This document shows positions 61,144-64,000 of a DNA stretch of 64,000 nucleotides, piece by piece (positions within the stretch are counted from its first letter, which is position 1; every line of letters starts with the position of its first letter). The stretch is from a virus: UHGV virus genome UHGV-0018629. One strand, given 5' to 3'. Both the position numbers and the translations under genes were made by a program. The notes beneath the pieces were generated by a model. That model ran no database searches. It worked only from the letters and a program-made list of their open reading frames with translations, and was not told where the DNA came from.

Positions 61144-64000
61144 ATGGCCGAGATTAAAAGAAAGTTCAGAGCGGAAGACGGTCTGGACGCAGGTGGCGAT
61201 AAAATAATCAACGTAGCTTTAGCTGATCGTACCGTAGGAACTGACGGTGTTAACGTTGATTACTTAATTCAAGAAAACACAGTTCAACAATATGATCCAA
61301 CTCGTGGATATTTAAAAGATTTTGTAATCATTTATGATAACCGCTTTTGGGCTGCTATAAATGATATTCCAAAACCAGCAGGAGCTTTTAATAGTGTACG
61401 ATGGAGAGCGTTACGTACTGATGCAAACTGGACAACTGTTTCGTCAGGACCTTATCAATTAAAATCAGGCGAATCAATTTCAGTTAACACTGCAGCGGGT
61501 AATGACATTACATTTACTTTGCCAACTTCTCCAATTGATGGAGATACTATCGTTCTTCAAGATATTGGTGGAAAACCTGGAGTTAACCAGGTTTTAATTA
61601 CAGCTCCGGTACAAAGCATTGTAAACTTCAGAGGTCAACAAGTACGCTCAGTACTAATGACTCATCCAAAATCACAGATAGTTTTAATTTTTAGTAATCG
61701 TCTGTGGCAAATGTATGTTGCTGATTATAGCAGAGAAGCGGCAGTTGTAACGCCAGCGAGTCTTTATCAAGCGCAATCAAACGATTTTATCGTGCGTAGA
61801 TTTACTTCTGCTTCAGCAATTAATATTAAACTTCCGAGATTTGCTAATCACGGGGATATCATTAATTTCGTTGATTTGGATAAATTAAATCCTCTTTATC
61901 ATACAATTGTTACTACATATGATGAAACGACTTCAGTGCAAGAAGTTGGAACTCATTCCATTGAAGGCCGTACATCTATTGATGGTTTCTTGATGTTTGA
62001 TGATAATGAGAAACTGTGGAGATTGTTTGACGGGGATAGTAAAGCCCGTTTACGTATCATAACGACTAATTCAAACATTCGTCCAAATGAAGAAGTTATG
62101 GTATTTGGTGCGAATAATGGAACAACTCAAACGATTGAACTTCAGCTTCCGACCGATATTTCCATTGGTGATACTGTTAAAATTTCCATGAATTATATGA
62201 GAAAAGGACAAACAGTTAAAATCAAAGCTGCCGGTGAAGATAAAATTGCTTCTTCAGTTCAATTGCTGCAATTCCCAAAACGTTCAGAATATCCGCCTGA
62301 AACTAAATGGGTGACTGTTCAAGAATTAGTTTTTAATGGTGAAACCAATTATGTTCCAGTTTTACAGCTTGCTTATATCGAAGATTCTGATGGAAAATAT
62401 TGGGTTGTACAGCAAAACGTTCCAACTGTAGAAAGAGTAGACTCTTTAAATAATTCTACCAGAGCAAGATTAGGCGTAATTGCTTTAGCTACACAGGCTC
62501 AAGCTAATGCAGATTTAGAAAATTCTCCACAAAAAGAATTAGCAATTACTCCAGAAACGTTAGCTAATCGTACTGCTACAGAAACTCGTAGAGGTATTGC
62601 AAGAATAGCAACAACTGCACAAGTTAACCAGGATACTACATTCTCTTTTGCAGATGACCTTATCATCACTCCTAAAAAGCTGAATGAAAGAACTGCTACA
62701 GAAACTCGCAGGGGTGTCGCTGAAATTGCTACGCAGCAGGAAACTAACACAGGTACTGATGATACTACAATCATCACTCCTAAAAAGCTTCAAGCTCGAC
62801 AAGGTTCTGAATCATTATCTGGTATTGTAACCTTTGTATCTACTGCAGGAGCTACTCCAGCTTCTAGTCGTGAATTAAATGGTACAAATGTTTATAATAA
62901 AAACACTAATAATTTAGTTGTTTCGCCTAAAGCACTGGATCAATATAAAGCTACTCCAACGCAACAAGGTGCGGTAATTTTAGCAGTTGAAAGTGAAGTA
63001 ATTGCTGGACAAAGCCAAGAAGGATGGGCAAATGCGGTTGTAACGCCAGAAACGTTACATAAAAAGACATCAACTGATGGAAGAATTGGTTTAATTGAAA
63101 TTGCTACGCAAAGTGAAGTTAATACAGGAACTGATTATACTCGTGCAGTCACTCCTAAAACTTTAAATGACCGTAAAGCAACTGAAAGTTTAAGTGGTAT
63201 AGCTGAAATTGCTACACAAGTTGAATTCGACGCAGGCGTCGACGATACTCGTATCTCTACACCATTAAAAATTAAAACCAGATTTAATAGTACTGATCGT
63301 ACTTCTGTTGTTGCTCTATCTGGATTAGTTGAATCAGGAACTCTCTGGGACCATTATACCCTTAATATTCTTGAAGCAAATGAGACACAGCGTGGTACAC
63401 TTCGTGTGGCTACACAAGTTGAAGCTGCTGCAGGAACATTAGATAATGTTCTAATAACTCCTAAAAAGCTTTTAGGTACTAAATCTACTGAAGCGCAAGA
63501 AGGCGTTATTAAAGTTGCAACTCAGGTTGAAACTGTAGCTGGAACGTCAGCAAATACTGCTGTATCTCCAAAAAATTTAAAATGGATTGTACAGAGTGAA
63601 CCTACTTGGGCAGCAACTACTTTGGTAAGAGGTTTTGTTAAAACTTCATCTGGTTCAATTACATTCGTTGGTAATGATACCGTTGGTTCAACACAGTCAT
63701 TAGAATTATACGAAAAAAATAGCTATGCAGTATCGCCATATGAATTAAACCGTGTATTAGCAAATTATTTGCCGTTAAAAGCAAAAGCTGCAGATAGTAA
63801 TTTATTAGATGGTCTAGATTCATCTCAGTTCATTCGTAGGGATATTGCGCAGACGGTTAATGGTTCACTAACCTTAACCCAACAAACGAATCTGAGTGCC
63901 CCTCTTGTATCATCTAGTACTGCTACGTTTGGTGGGTCAGTTTCAGCAAATAGTACATTAACTATTTCTAATACTGGAACAGCAACTCGATTGATTTTTG
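61144..64000 (+). CDS. 34: Long tail fibre proximal subunit gp34, N-terminal part (continues beyond window)
   Basis: Open frame from ATG at 61144 (MAEIKRKFRAEDGLDAGGDKIINVALADRT) to window end; repeated TPxxL(N/Q)xR fibre motifs. Confidence 0.93.
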   Translation, partial: MAEIKRKFRAEDGLDAGGDKIINVALADRTVGTDGVNVDYLIQENTVQQYDPTRGYLKDFVIIYDNRFWAAINDIPKPAGAFNSVRWRALRTDANWTTVSSGPYQLKSGESISVNTAAGNDITFTLPTSPIDGDTIVLQDIGGKPGVNQVLITAPVQSIVNFRGQQVRSVLMTHPKSQIVLIFSNRLWQMYVADYSREAAVVTPASLYQAQSNDFIVRRFTSASAINIKLPRFANHGDIINFVDLDKLNPLYHTIVTTYDETTSVQEVGTHSIEGRTSIDGFLMFDDNEKLWRLFDGDSKARLRIITTNSNIRPNEEVMVFGANNGTTQTIELQLPTDISIGDTVKISMNYMRKGQTVKIKAAGEDKIASSVQLLQFPKRSEYPPETKWVTVQELVFNGETNYVPVLQLAYIEDSDGKYWVVQQNVPTVERVDSLNNSTRARLGVIALATQAQANADLENSPQKELAITPETLANRTATETRRGIARIATTAQVNQDTTFSFADDLIITPKKLNERTATETRRGVAEIATQQETNTGTDDTTIITPKKLQARQGSESLSGIVTFVSTAGATPASSRELNGTNVYNKNTNNLVVSPKALDQYKATPTQQGAVILAVESEVIAGQSQEGWANAVVTPETLHKKTSTDGRIGLIEIATQSEVNTGTDYTRAVTPKTLNDRKATESLSGIAEIATQVEFDAGVDDTRISTPLKIKTRFNSTDRTSVVALSGLVESGTLWDHYTLNILEANETQRGTLRVATQVEAAAGTLDNVLITPKKLLGTKSTEAQEGVIKVATQVETVAGTSANTAVSPKNLKWIVQSEPTWAATTLVRGFVKTSSGSITFVGNDTVGSTQSLELYEKNSYAVSPYELNRVLANYLPLKAKAADSNLLDGLDSSQFIRRDIAQTVNGSLTLTQQTNLSAPLVSSSTATFGGSVSANSTLTISNTGTATRLIF

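Noticed and set aside
62499-62802. Two minus-strand ORFs inside gene 34
   Set aside because: Antisense to the long tail fibre gene.

Overview
This window reads as a contiguous segment of a T4-like (Tevenvirinae) myovirus genome; nearly every ORF matches the T4 gene order and protein sizes as I remember them. Plus strand: late structural module, gene 10 (3' end), 11, 12, wac, 13, 14, 15, 16, 17, 18, 19, 20, 67, 68, 21, 22, 23, 24. Then rnlB, 24.2/24.3-like, hoc and inh on the minus strand, uvsW/uvsW.1 on plus, uvsY.-2/uvsY.-1/uvsY/25/26 on minus, and baseplate hub genes 51, 27, 28, 29, 48, 54 on plus. From about 32.1 kb to 61 kb a long minus-strand early/middle region follows: alt.-3-like, two tandem Alt-like ADP-ribosyltransferases, DNA ligase (30), the 30.x small ORFs, rIII, 31, cd, pseT, a spanin pair, alc-like, rnlA, denA, nrdB, nrdA, td, frd, small acidic ORFs, 32, 59, 33, dsbA, rnh. 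The 5' part of long-tail-fibre gene 34 (plus) closes the window. No tRNA, rRNA, CRISPR array or transposon/IS was seen. Relative to T4 as I recall it, the differences are: no seg homing-endonuclease genes at the 23/24 and inh/uvsW junctions, uninterrupted td and nrdB, a Hoc with an extra tandem Ig-like domain, an intact second Alt paralog, an unknown 119-aa ORF between frd and td, and an enlarged acidic small-ORF cluster between frd and 32. I could not positively identify a novel multi-gene system; the most plausible accessory or anti-defence candidates are listed as findings. All similarity statements are from memory and sequence reading, not database searches. Coordinates of non-coding features are approximate (+/- a few bp).
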